Shown one piece after another: positions 1-8,326 of a DNA stretch of 24,161 bases (within the stretch, counting starts at the first letter, position 1; every line of letters starts with the position of its first letter). The stretch lies in assembly GCA_964389075.1 (NCBI GenBank), contig CAYMCT010000001.1:1-24161 (forward strand), written 5' to 3'. The stretch is from an uncultured Lachnospiraceae bacterium. Its GTDB lineage: Bacteria > Bacillota > Clostridia > UBA1381. Position numbers and translations under genes: made by a program. Under the pieces are notes generated by a model. The model had not been told where the DNA came from and did no database searches. It saw nothing but the letters and a program-made list of their open reading frames with translations.

Positions 1-1941
1 GTAGATAGCCTTTACGTACTTTTCCGGGTTCTTTAACCAGCCGTAGCGGATACCTCTTGAGAATGCATATATGAACATTGATGTACAAGATGTTTCAGGA
101 TATGACTCCCAGTCTGTGATTACCTGATGCCACATACCGTCCTCGTCCTGTAGCTTTAAGTATCCCTCACAAAGTGTATTCAGGAACTCTATAAGGTCAT
201 TTCTTAATGCATGATCCTCCGGCAATTCTGCCAAAAGCTCTGTCATTGAGAATACAACCCAACCGTTACCACGTCCCCACGGAACGCCTGTCATTGAATC
301 ATACTTAAAGTCATATACGTGTGACATTATCTGCTGCTCCGGCATATAGAGCAGCTTCTTGAAACCGAAGAACTGCTTTGCAGCATCGTCTGCATACTTG
401 ATGTCACCGGTGAATTTATAATATCTTGTTAAGAACGGAACGCTCATATACAGGTCGTCTGCCCACAAGGTCTGGTTATGGAAGTGGTGCATAAGGTCTT
501 CTCTATAGAATGTACCGTCAGGAAGTCTTGACATTACATTGAAAATGAAGTCTCCTACATAGTCCGCAACCTCTTTAACACCGTCAAGCGGCATATACTT
601 GTTTACCTCAAGCATTGTTGATGCAAAAGAACCGCAGTCATCAAGGCTATCAATACTTGTGAGCAGGTTGTGGATTGAAGTTGCGCCACCGTACTGCTCC
701 TTATCCCAGAGTGCATATTCAAGAGTGTCACAGCAAAGCTGAACATGGTCTTTTATATACTTCTTTATATCCTCTGAGCCAAGCTCCATTGCTGTATGCA
801 ACAAGCCGTAGATTGTAACACCGAGAGGATAGTTCCATCTTCCGTAAAGTGAATTTTCATTATACGGACGTACAAATGTATTCTTCGCATTAATTCTCCA
901 ATATGTTTTCGGCTCACCTACAATATGGTGCATATCGCAAGCTGTTTCCCAGGGGAACTCGTAGTCTGCATCAAACGGACCTATGTACATCCATACATCG
1001 TCTGTACCCTTTACATTAGCCGCACTCTTCAGATTAACACCATCAACAGTTAAGTCAAAGCCCCAGTCACCGCCGCAGATTGACTTAACAAAGATGTTAT
1101 GCTCGCCAAGCTTAATATCTACATCAAATTCAGCATCGCCGCCGTCGGTTGTGAATACTTCCTTACCGTCCACATATACAACCGCACTGCCTGTGCTTGA
1201 AATTCTGAACTTATACGGCTTTGTACCCATTTCGTCAAAGAACGCCTTTGTCCAGGCAATTGCATACTTGCCTTCAGGAGTTCCGTACATATGAGTAAGC
1301 TGACCCTTGCCGTCATTTTCAAATGCAATATCAGGATAAAGCTTCTTTTCAAAATCAGCCTCGCTCATACCCATTTCAAATTCAGGAACATACTGATCGT
1401 CAACAAGCTCTGTAAAGATAATACCCTCCTGACCGTCACGTTCCTTTGTAGGCATAAGGAAATATAAATCCCATTTGCCTATCCATGTACCAAACTGAGC
1501 ACCGAAGCCAGCTTTTGTCTTCTTCCAGTGGAATCTTATATCATTCCAGCCCTTTTTCAGCGGAACAAATACACGTGTTGCAGTCTCTGAATATCGCTCC
1601 TTAAATATATCTGACTTATATACACTCTCACCGTTCACGAACATTTCCATCGGTCCGAAACAGTTTATGTCTATACCAAAGCTACCGTCACCGGGTGCAT
1701 AGTGCTTTGTAAATGCCCATACGCAATCCTTATCTTTGCTTTCAGGATAAATCTTATTGAAGTCTACTATATAACGATAGTCTGTTGTTCTTATAATCCC
1801 GTCATTTGTATAAGCACGGTAATATAAATCATGCTTCAGATTCTGTCCCATAAATCTGTATGCAAGCGAACGCAGTATTCCTTTTACGTCTGTACCCTCA
1901 TAAGCATTTATACTATGAGAATCATCAAAATAATAACCCAT
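1..1941 (-). CDS. GH105/GH88-type unsaturated rhamnogalacturonyl hydrolase (YteR/YesR-like) with long N-terminal extension; 3' end runs off the window
   Basis: Absent from the ORF track and translated by hand. ATG at 1941 follows a GGAG SD, and the frame is open to position 1 (MGYYFDDSH...RGIRYGWLKNPEKYVKAIY). Contains WNYPLGV, LDDCG, LWADDLYMSVPFL, WGRGNGW and YPETSCTSMF motifs typical of the GH105 catalytic barrel. Confidence 0.88.
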   Translation of the reverse strand, partial: MGYYFDDSHSINAYEGTDVKGILRSLAYRFMGQNLKHDLYYRAYTNDGIIRTTDYRYIVDFNKIYPESKDKDCVWAFTKHYAPGDGSFGIDINCFGPMEMFVNGESVYKSDIFKERYSETATRVFVPLKKGWNDIRFHWKKTKAGFGAQFGTWIGKWDLYFLMPTKERDGQEGIIFTELVDDQYVPEFEMGMSEADFEKKLYPDIAFENDGKGQLTHMYGTPEGKYAIAWTKAFFDEMGTKPYKFRISSTGSAVVYVDGKEVFTTDGGDAEFDVDIKLGEHNIFVKSICGGDWGFDLTVDGVNLKSAANVKGTDDVWMYIGPFDADYEFPWETACDMHHIVGEPKTYWRINAKNTFVRPYNENSLYGRWNYPLGVTIYGLLHTAMELGSEDIKKYIKDHVQLCCDTLEYALWDKEQYGGATSIHNLLTSIDSLDDCGSFASTMLEVNKYMPLDGVKEVADYVGDFIFNVMSRLPDGTFYREDLMHHFHNQTLWADDLYMSVPFLTRYYKFTGDIKYADDAAKQFFGFKKLLYMPEQQIMSHVYDFKYDSMTGVPWGRGNGWVVFSMTELLAELPEDHALRNDLIEFLNTLCEGYLKLQDEDGMWHQVITDWESYPETSCTSMFIYAFSRGIRYGWLKNPEKYVKAIY

Positions 1942-1985
1942 TTTATTTCTCTCCTTCTTTCCCTCTCGCAAAATAATTATTTCTT

Positions 1986-2014
1986 ATTATATAATTATTA
2001 ATTTGTATTGTCAA
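1986..2014 (-). promoter_or_regulatory. sigmaA promoter for the GH105 gene
   Basis: Minus strand TTGACA (2014-2009), 17 nt, TATAAT (1991-1986): perfect consensus. Confidence 0.75.
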
Positions 2015-2056
2015 CCTTATCGAAAAATTTAAACGCTTTTTTTAACAAAATACAAG

Positions 2057-3319
2057 TTATTTTATCTTCTTAGCCTCAAGATAGAATCTCTTATCGCAAG
2101 CCTCACCCATTGAGAATGTCTTTCTCGGCAAAGCTCCGTCCTTTATAACGGTTGTAAATAGATCGTTCTTCTCCATACCGTCAACGATGAATCCGATTGT
2201 GTTTTCCTTTTCGCAAAGCGAGCGAACAACGTCACTGCCGTGTATGTAGTCGATTACTCCGCCGGTTTCTTCCAGATATTTATCGAGGAACTTCTGCAAG
2301 GTTCCTACCGCAAGATTGCAAGGTGCATCTGTTATGTAGATAGGTTTTTCTGCTCCGTCCTTTACGATTACTATTTTCTGTCCGCCGTTGTCGGTTTCGG
2401 AAATCTGCGGATAATATGAATATAGCGCCTTTTCCAATGCATCAGCATCCACATCAAACATTACTCTGTGTATTGGCTCAAATTCAAGCGCCTCATCGTG
2501 CAGGTTCATTAGCTCAACCAACGCAAATCGTGCAGGGTGTGTCTTCTTTTCCTTATCTGAAAGAGTCTGTTTAATTTCCTCCCAACAGGTCTTTGCAGTT
2601 GCAAGAGAATGGTTGCCGTCACCTACGGCAATCACAAGCACATCCTTCCCTGTAACTCCGTACTTTTCATCGAAATCTGCTCTGTCCTCAAGCTTTTTCA
2701 TACCATTTAATACAGTATTGATCGCCGCCTCGTCCATAAGCTTTCCCGTAATATGACCACCGCCCTGCATCAGGTCAAAATCATACACCGTTTCAAACTC
2801 TGACGCCCTTTCTGTTATCGCTTCAACGATTTCCTTTTTGCGGTCATCAACAAGCATTAATATGTGCGGCAATTCAAGCGGTGCATTTTTACGGATACGC
2901 TGTCTTGGCGGTATACGTGAAATTATAGTTCCCTCCGTCGCACGCACTGCCGACTGCGAACCGACCGAAAAATCGTAGTATTCCAAATCAATTTCGCCCA
3001 CAATGCCGTGACGCACCTTACCGTTTGGCTGTGTACGCTCAACATATATCATACTGTTTTTATATTCCTTAAAAATACCGTCAGTAATATATTTATCCAT
3101 TGTTGCGTTTATATTTTCTATACGCTCTGCATCGTTTCCGTCCTCAAGATAAGCCTCAGGAAATACTATATTTAAGGCGGACGGTGCATCACCAACATAT
3201 TCTGCCGCCGCCTGCCAGTATTCAGGCTCTGACGAATACTGGTCACACGCAACCACGCTCCATTTTGAAAAATCCTGATTTTTCGGTAATAATATATTTG
3301 CGGTCTTAAAGATTTCCAT
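2057..3319 (-). CDS. DUF1015 family protein
   Basis: WSVVACDQY, RATEGTI, AVGDGNHSLATAK and LPRKTFSMG motifs characteristic of DUF1015; 420 aa. Confidence 0.85.
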   Translation of the reverse strand: MEIFKTANILLPKNQDFSKWSVVACDQYSSEPEYWQAAAEYVGDAPSALNIVFPEAYLEDGNDAERIENINATMDKYITDGIFKEYKNSMIYVERTQPNGKVRHGIVGEIDLEYYDFSVGSQSAVRATEGTIISRIPPRQRIRKNAPLELPHILMLVDDRKKEIVEAITERASEFETVYDFDLMQGGGHITGKLMDEAAINTVLNGMKKLEDRADFDEKYGVTGKDVLVIAVGDGNHSLATAKTCWEEIKQTLSDKEKKTHPARFALVELMNLHDEALEFEPIHRVMFDVDADALEKALYSYYPQISETDNGGQKIVIVKDGAEKPIYITDAPCNLAVGTLQKFLDKYLEETGGVIDYIHGSDVVRSLCEKENTIGFIVDGMEKNDLFTTVIKDGALPRKTFSMGEACDKRFYLEAKKIK

Positions 3320-3321
3320 AA

Positions 3322-3816
3322 TTATTCTCCTTTAACTATATCTGCAAAATTGCAATTTGTCACTTTCTGCAAGTCCTGCGGTGTCATTATCAAAGTTACT
3401 CCGCAAGCTCCTCCGCTTACCGCCACTTTTTCAAGTGCTTGTGCGGATATATTCACATATGTGGGGTACTGCTTTTTCATGCCTATAGGCGATACCCCGC
3501 CCCGGATATATCCGGTAAGTGCCAACAGTTCCTTAACGTGTACCATTTCCGCTTTTTTACATTCAGCCGACTTTGCAAGCTTTTTTAAATCCACTTCACA
3601 ATTGACAGGTACACAGGCTGTCATTATTTCGTTTTTGTCACTTCTTGCAACCAATGTCTTGAACGACATTTCCGGCGGCAGACCTGTAAGCTCGGCAATA
3701 TATTCGCCAAACGCTTCCCCGACTTCTTCTGCCTCGTATTCTATTTCCTCAAACGGAATTTTTGCCGCTTTAAGAATTCTCATTGCATTGGTGACAACCG
3801 GTTTCTTTTTTGCCAT
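3322..3816 (-). CDS. ybaK: YbaK/EbsC Cys-tRNA(Pro) deacylase
   Basis: TNAMRIL, FKTLV and TGYIRGGVSPIGMKK motifs; 164 aa. Confidence 0.9.
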   Translation of the reverse strand: MAKKKPVVTNAMRILKAAKIPFEEIEYEAEEVGEAFGEYIAELTGLPPEMSFKTLVARSDKNEIMTACVPVNCEVDLKKLAKSAECKKAEMVHVKELLALTGYIRGGVSPIGMKKQYPTYVNISAQALEKVAVSGGACGVTLIMTPQDLQKVTNCNFADIVKGE

Positions 3817-3830
3817 TATATCACAACCTT

Positions 3831-6221
3831 TTATTTAAGCTCAACAACCGTTACTCCGTCTTCACCCTCGCCAAATCTGCCCGGTCTATGAGCTTCTACA
3901 TAACGGTGCTTGCGGAGCATATCACGGATATGCTTTTTTAATACACCCGTACCCTTACCGTGCACAATTCTTACCGGAGTTATGCCGGCAAGATAGCAGT
4001 CATCAAGAAATTTCTCTGTGTTTGCCCAAGCCTCTTCGGGGTACTGACCACGCACATCAAGCTCTGTTGAAACGTTCTTTGTCTTTGACTCAAAAGCACG
4101 GGTTGTACCGACATATTTCTGTGCCATTTCCTTATGCTTATCTTTATCTGCATCTACCCTGCGCAGATTTGAAATATGCACATCAAGCTTTATAATACCC
4201 GCCTCAACTCTTACCTTGCCTGATTTATCAGGCGGCTTTATAACTGACGCTTCCTGATCCATATCAATTATCTTTACAAGCTCACCGGGTTTCAGATTCT
4301 TTGGCGGTTCAACGTAAGTCTGTTTCGGCTTTGCCGCACGCTTCATCTTCTCGTCTATGCTGTCCTCACGCTTTTTGAGTGTTTCACGTGCTTTGGCAGT
4401 CTTGGTGTCAAGCTCACCCGATTTTATGCCTTTCTGACGCATATGTTCAAGGTCACGGATAATCTCGTTCGCCTCACTCTTTGCGTCCATTACGATTATT
4501 TTCGCTTCTCGGTGAGCTTCCTCAAGAATTCTCGACTTGTTTTCTTTTAGCTTTTTGCGTTCCTCATCAAGTTTTATTTTCAGCTCTTTTATCTCACGCT
4601 TTACTCTTTCATTCTCATCAGCGTCCCGCTGTGCTGAAGCTCTCGCTTGTTCAAGGTCGGTTATAACATCTTCAAACCGTATATCCTCATCTGATAATAT
4701 ATCATTTGCACGACCTATAACGCGTTCATCAAGTCCGAGTCGCCTTGAAATTGCAAACGCATTCGATTTACCCGGTACACCTATTAATAAACGATATGTC
4801 GGCTGTAATGTCTTTACATCAAACTCACACGATGCATTCTCTACGCCGTCTGTTGTGAGTGCAAAAAGCTTCAACTCGCTGTAGTGCGTTGTAGCAAGAG
4901 TTTTTACACCCTTGCTTCTCAAATGCTCTAAGATTGCAATAGCAAGTGCCGCACCCTCGGTAGGGTCTGTACCTGCACCCAATTCATCAAACAATGCAAG
5001 TGTATTATTGTCAACATTCTTCAAGATTTTAACAATGTTCACCATATGCGACGAGAATGTTGACAGGCTCTGTTCTATTGACTGTTCGTCACCAATATCT
5101 GCATATATTTTTGAAAAAACCGCCGCATCACTGTTATCGCCTGCGGTTACGTGAAGTCCTGACGCTGCCATGATTGAAAGTAAGCCTACAGTTTTTAATG
5201 TTACGGTTTTACCGCCCGTATTTGGACCTGTTACAACAAGTGTATCTGTTTTATCACCAAACGAAATATCGTTTGCAACAACCTTATCCTTGTCAATTAA
5301 CGGATGTCTTGCTCGCTTAAAGTTGATTATTCCGTTCTCGTTTAAAACAGGCTCAGAACCGTTCGTGTCAAGCGACAGTTTTCCCTTTGCAAACATGAAA
5401 TCAAGTTCTGTTATACAGCGGTAGTCAACAAAAATCTCATGTGAGTTCTCTGCCGCTGCAACGGAAAGCTCGGCTAAAATACGGTCTATTTCCTGCTGCT
5501 CCTTACCTCGCAGGTCACGGATTTCATTGTTTGCATTCACAACGCTCATAGGCTCTATGAACATCGTCTGACCTGTTGCAGATGTGTCATGGACTATACC
5601 CGGCACTTCCGATTTATATTCTGCACGCACAGGAATAACGTAACGGTCTGAACGCATTGTTACAATAGAGTCCTGCAGGTACTTTTTATAATGTGTGCTG
5701 TGAATCATTCCGTTTAACGTGTCTTTGATTTTCCCATTAAGATTTTTCATCTTACGTCGGATTGCCGAAAGCTCTGCTGAGGCATCGTCTGCGATGGTGT
5801 CCTCAGAAACTATTGCGGAATTGATTTTATCCTCAAGTGCCTTTGCCGTGAGGAGCTGTGTTTCTATACTGTGCAACTTCTCACAATCGGCTGAAGCCTC
5901 GCCCAAATACGATTTCAACCGGCGTGCAACATAGAGCAATCTTGAAATATCCATAAGCTCTTTTATGTGGAGTATTCCACCCTGCTCTGCACGCTTTATT
6001 CCGCCCCGAACATCTACTACCGCCATATTCACAGGCGGTGCACCAAGCTTTAAAAGAGTGGAAGATGTTTCGGTAGTTTCACTCTGTGCCGCTTTTGCTT
6101 CTTCAACGGTTGTGTACGGCTCAAGCTTATATATCTTTTTCTTTACCGATTCCGACTCCGTATAACTCTGCATACGTTCGAGAATCTTATCAAATTCTAA
6201 TATCTTTAATACCTTTTTCAA
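3831..6221 (-). CDS. mutS2: Endonuclease MutS2 (ribosome-collision factor family) with C-terminal Smr domain
   Basis: Walker A GPNTGGKT, DIGDEQSIEQSLSTFSSHM, DELGAGTDP, coiled coil and Smr motif LDVRG...IVHGKGTG...GEDGVT; TTG start. Confidence 0.97.
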   Translation of the reverse strand: MKKVLKILEFDKILERMQSYTESESVKKKIYKLEPYTTVEEAKAAQSETTETSSTLLKLGAPPVNMAVVDVRGGIKRAEQGGILHIKELMDISRLLYVARRLKSYLGEASADCEKLHSIETQLLTAKALEDKINSAIVSEDTIADDASAELSAIRRKMKNLNGKIKDTLNGMIHSTHYKKYLQDSIVTMRSDRYVIPVRAEYKSEVPGIVHDTSATGQTMFIEPMSVVNANNEIRDLRGKEQQEIDRILAELSVAAAENSHEIFVDYRCITELDFMFAKGKLSLDTNGSEPVLNENGIINFKRARHPLIDKDKVVANDISFGDKTDTLVVTGPNTGGKTVTLKTVGLLSIMAASGLHVTAGDNSDAAVFSKIYADIGDEQSIEQSLSTFSSHMVNIVKILKNVDNNTLALFDELGAGTDPTEGAALAIAILEHLRSKGVKTLATTHYSELKLFALTTDGVENASCEFDVKTLQPTYRLLIGVPGKSNAFAISRRLGLDERVIGRANDILSDEDIRFEDVITDLEQARASAQRDADENERVKREIKELKIKLDEERKKLKENKSRILEEAHREAKIIVMDAKSEANEIIRDLEHMRQKGIKSGELDTKTAKARETLKKREDSIDEKMKRAAKPKQTYVEPPKNLKPGELVKIIDMDQEASVIKPPDKSGKVRVEAGIIKLDVHISNLRRVDADKDKHKEMAQKYVGTTRAFESKTKNVSTELDVRGQYPEEAWANTEKFLDDCYLAGITPVRIVHGKGTGVLKKHIRDMLRKHRYVEAHRPGRFGEGEDGVTVVELK

Positions 6222-6236
6222 ATCTTTATCCTCTCT

Positions 6237-6911
6237 TTATTTAAGTGCATAGACCTTTAAGTCCGAGTATTCGCCTATAAGTGGTGCCATCTGACGGAAT
6301 CCGATTTTTCCGCCGCCTAAAACAGCACCGAATTCCTCGCCATCGTCCTGCCACGAAAACACGACAAGGTTATCCACTGAAAAGTCTATTCTGCCTTTAT
6401 ATTTAGACAGCTTTAATTCATAGAATTCTTTTGCATCTCTGCAATCAGGAATCGGATCCGCTCCCTGTGCTACAAGATGAAAACCACAGCTTTTTCGCAG
6501 ATTGCAGGTATGGAAACTACGCTCGTCCTCCCACTTTCTGCGGAAATACGAAATATGATATGCGTTTATATCACCGCTGTGATAAAGGTTATACTGACCG
6601 TCACGAGGGGCAAGCGAGCTGTCAAACAAATCCTCACCGTTTTTACCTTTAGCTGAGAAGAAAAGTATACACAGTCCCGGTTCTTCTATCGGTCTGAACT
6701 TCCACGATACCTCTATATCTGACGGAAAATCTTCAGGACACCAGAACACAAAGTTCGATTTCTGCCCCAGCTCTGCCGAAAGATTATTTTTCATTCGCAT
6801 CTTTCCGTTTTCGAAATAAACAGATGCACTGCCCTCCATAACAAAGTCCTTAACATCGGCTTCGCAGGACAGCGGGTTATTATATATCAACTCCCGAACC
6901 ACAAAACTCAC
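6237..6911 (-). CDS. yesU: DUF1961 / YesU family protein (found in rhamnogalacturonan-utilisation loci)
   Basis: IYNNPL, VFWCPEDFP, YHSGDINAYHISYFRR, CNLRKS.GFHLVAQGADPIP and GGKIGFRQMAPL resemble B. subtilis YesU; GTG start. Confidence 0.85.
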   Translation of the reverse strand: MSFVVRELIYNNPLSCEADVKDFVMEGSASVYFENGKMRMKNNLSAELGQKSNFVFWCPEDFPSDIEVSWKFRPIEEPGLCILFFSAKGKNGEDLFDSSLAPRDGQYNLYHSGDINAYHISYFRRKWEDERSFHTCNLRKSCGFHLVAQGADPIPDCRDAKEFYELKLSKYKGRIDFSVDNLVVFSWQDDGEEFGAVLGGGKIGFRQMAPLIGEYSDLKVYALK

Positions 6912-6939
6912 CCCATTTTACTTTATTTTATTAAATATT

Positions 6940-6968
6940 ATTATAACAGTTATTTAGTGAAAATACAA
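6940..6968 (-). promoter_or_regulatory. sigmaA promoter for the yesU-mutS2-ybaK-DUF1015 run
   Basis: Minus strand TTGTAT, 17 nt, extended -10 TGtTATAAT. Confidence 0.55.
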
Positions 6969-7002
6969 GTATTTCATTAATGAATTTTCACTCGCCTCCA
7001 AC

Positions 7003-7031
7003 AAAAAAACACAGAGCATACACTGTGTTTT
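7003..7031 (-). terminator. Intrinsic terminator downstream of the XRE regulator
   Basis: Minus strand AAAACACAG-tgtatgct-CTGTGTTTTTTT, about 20 nt after the stop codon. Confidence 0.6.
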
Positions 7032-7051
7032 CCGAATTTTCATATATAATG

Positions 7052-7351
7052 TTATTTTTTTTCATTAAAAATTTCAAACTGTTCAATCAAAGATGATATA
7101 ATCGCAATTTGTTCGGGTGTCAGTCCGGACACGTCTATTGTATTATTTTTTCCTATACCCAATAAATATTCGATAGATACATTGAATATAGCTGCTAACT
7201 TTGCAAGGAGCTTTATACTCGGTAGTCTTTGTTGACTTTCAATTGCCGATATCTGGGACTTTTTCACCCCAGCCAGCGCAGCTAACTGAGTCTGCGTTAA
7301 ATGCTTTTCCTTGCGCAGACAACGCACGTTATATGCAAACCCTTCATTCAT
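7052..7351 (-). CDS. XRE/Cro-C1 family HTH transcriptional regulator
   Basis: LRKEKHLTQTQLAALAGVKKSQISAIES...PS...LAAIFNVSIEYLLG is an HTH_3 pattern; SD GAGGTG upstream. Confidence 0.9.
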   Translation of the reverse strand: MNEGFAYNVRCLRKEKHLTQTQLAALAGVKKSQISAIESQQRLPSIKLLAKLAAIFNVSIEYLLGIGKNNTIDVSGLTPEQIAIISSLIEQFEIFNEKK

Positions 7352-7409
7352 AGATTATCACCTCTTTTTCATTATATATGATATGCGTACTCCCGTGGTG
7401 GAAAAAAGA

Positions 7410-7438
7410 TTGACATTGGTGGAATTTTGTGTTATAAT
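7410..7438 (+). promoter_or_regulatory. sigmaA promoter for the 7495-9748 operon, overlapped by GTGGAA direct repeats
   Basis: TTGACA (7410-7415), 17 nt, TGtTATAAT (-10 at 7433-7438); GTGGAA at 7398, 7419 and 7440. Confidence 0.75.
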
Positions 7439-7494
7439 AGTGGAAACTGTATAATTGAGTCAGTTTATTTTGTATAACCGAAAGGAGAAAAAAT

Positions 7495-7956
7495 ATGGCG
7501 AAAGAAACAAAATCATTAACAGTCCCACCCAGCGAAGAAGCCGCACAAATTGAACTTTGGCAAGTATTTGGATGGGAGCTTTTCAGCACGCAGGAGGTTC
7601 TTGCCAAGGACAGTCACTTAGAGGCAGGACTTTTCAACAATGTCAGCATTACAGAAACAACACATTACATAAAGCTCACATTCCAGCGTGATTCCGCAAA
7701 TGTAAATCATTATGCAGAATTAAAGGCTCTTGAATGGGAATTCAACAACGTGCCGTACCCCGGCGATGCTCCCACAAAATTCTCTGCACTAAATATATTT
7801 ATCGGATTGATGCTATGTACTGTTCCGGGTGTATATATGATTGCAAAAAACATTTCTGCATCAGCAAAAATGCCTAAGTGGGAACAGGATTATAACGAAT
7901 TTTTAAGAAAGCGACAGGAAATACTCAATAGAGCAATAGCTGTTTCTGAGTCCTGA
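7495..7956 (+). CDS. Hypothetical membrane protein (one hydrophobic segment)
   Basis: Strong SD AAAGGAG; 153 aa; hydrophobic stretch ALNIFIGLMLCTVPGVYMI; TGATG overlap with the next ORF. Confidence 0.75.
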   Translation: MAKETKSLTVPPSEEAAQIELWQVFGWELFSTQEVLAKDSHLEAGLFNNVSITETTHYIKLTFQRDSANVNHYAELKALEWEFNNVPYPGDAPTKFSALNIFIGLMLCTVPGVYMIAKNISASAKMPKWEQDYNEFLRKRQEILNRAIAVSES

Positions 7957-8312
7957 TGCGAAAAATTATAGATGCTTTTATTATGCCGGTTTCAGGAATA
8001 ATATACTATATTATTATTCGCAGTACCGGCATTTCGCTTTTCTGCCCTGTTTTTGCTGTTACCGGCATAAAATGCCCCGGATGCGGAATTACACGCAGCA
8101 TTATACACCTTGTCCGCGGCGACTTTGTTACCGCACTTAATTACAACTGTGTTATAGTGCTGCTTATTCCTTTTTTTCTGGCAGGATATATCCGTTATGC
8201 GTTTTGCACGATTACAAATAAAGTATTCTATCTGAAGAATTATGAACGGAAGCTTATATCACTGCTTCCTTATATACTTTTTCTTTTTACAATAATCAGA
8301 AATATTTTCTAA
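7956..8312 (+). CDS. DUF2752 domain membrane protein
   Basis: CPVFAVTGIKCPGCGITRS...GDF..A..YN and terminal IIRNI are the DUF2752 signature. Confidence 0.85.
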   Translation: MRKIIDAFIMPVSGIIYYIIIRSTGISLFCPVFAVTGIKCPGCGITRSIIHLVRGDFVTALNYNCVIVLLIPFFLAGYIRYAFCTITNKVFYLKNYERKLISLLPYILFLFTIIRNIF

Positions 8313-8326
8313 GGAGCTGAAACAAA

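Noticed and set aside
983..1352. ORFs 983-1294 (+) and 1119-1352 (-)
   Set aside because: They are shadow frames inside the GH105 gene (1-1941), which the track missed because it is truncated by the window edge.
3100..6652. Plus-strand ORFs overlapping DUF1015, ybaK, mutS2 and yesU
   Set aside because: Antisense shadows of well-supported genes, with Ser-rich low-information translations and no SD.
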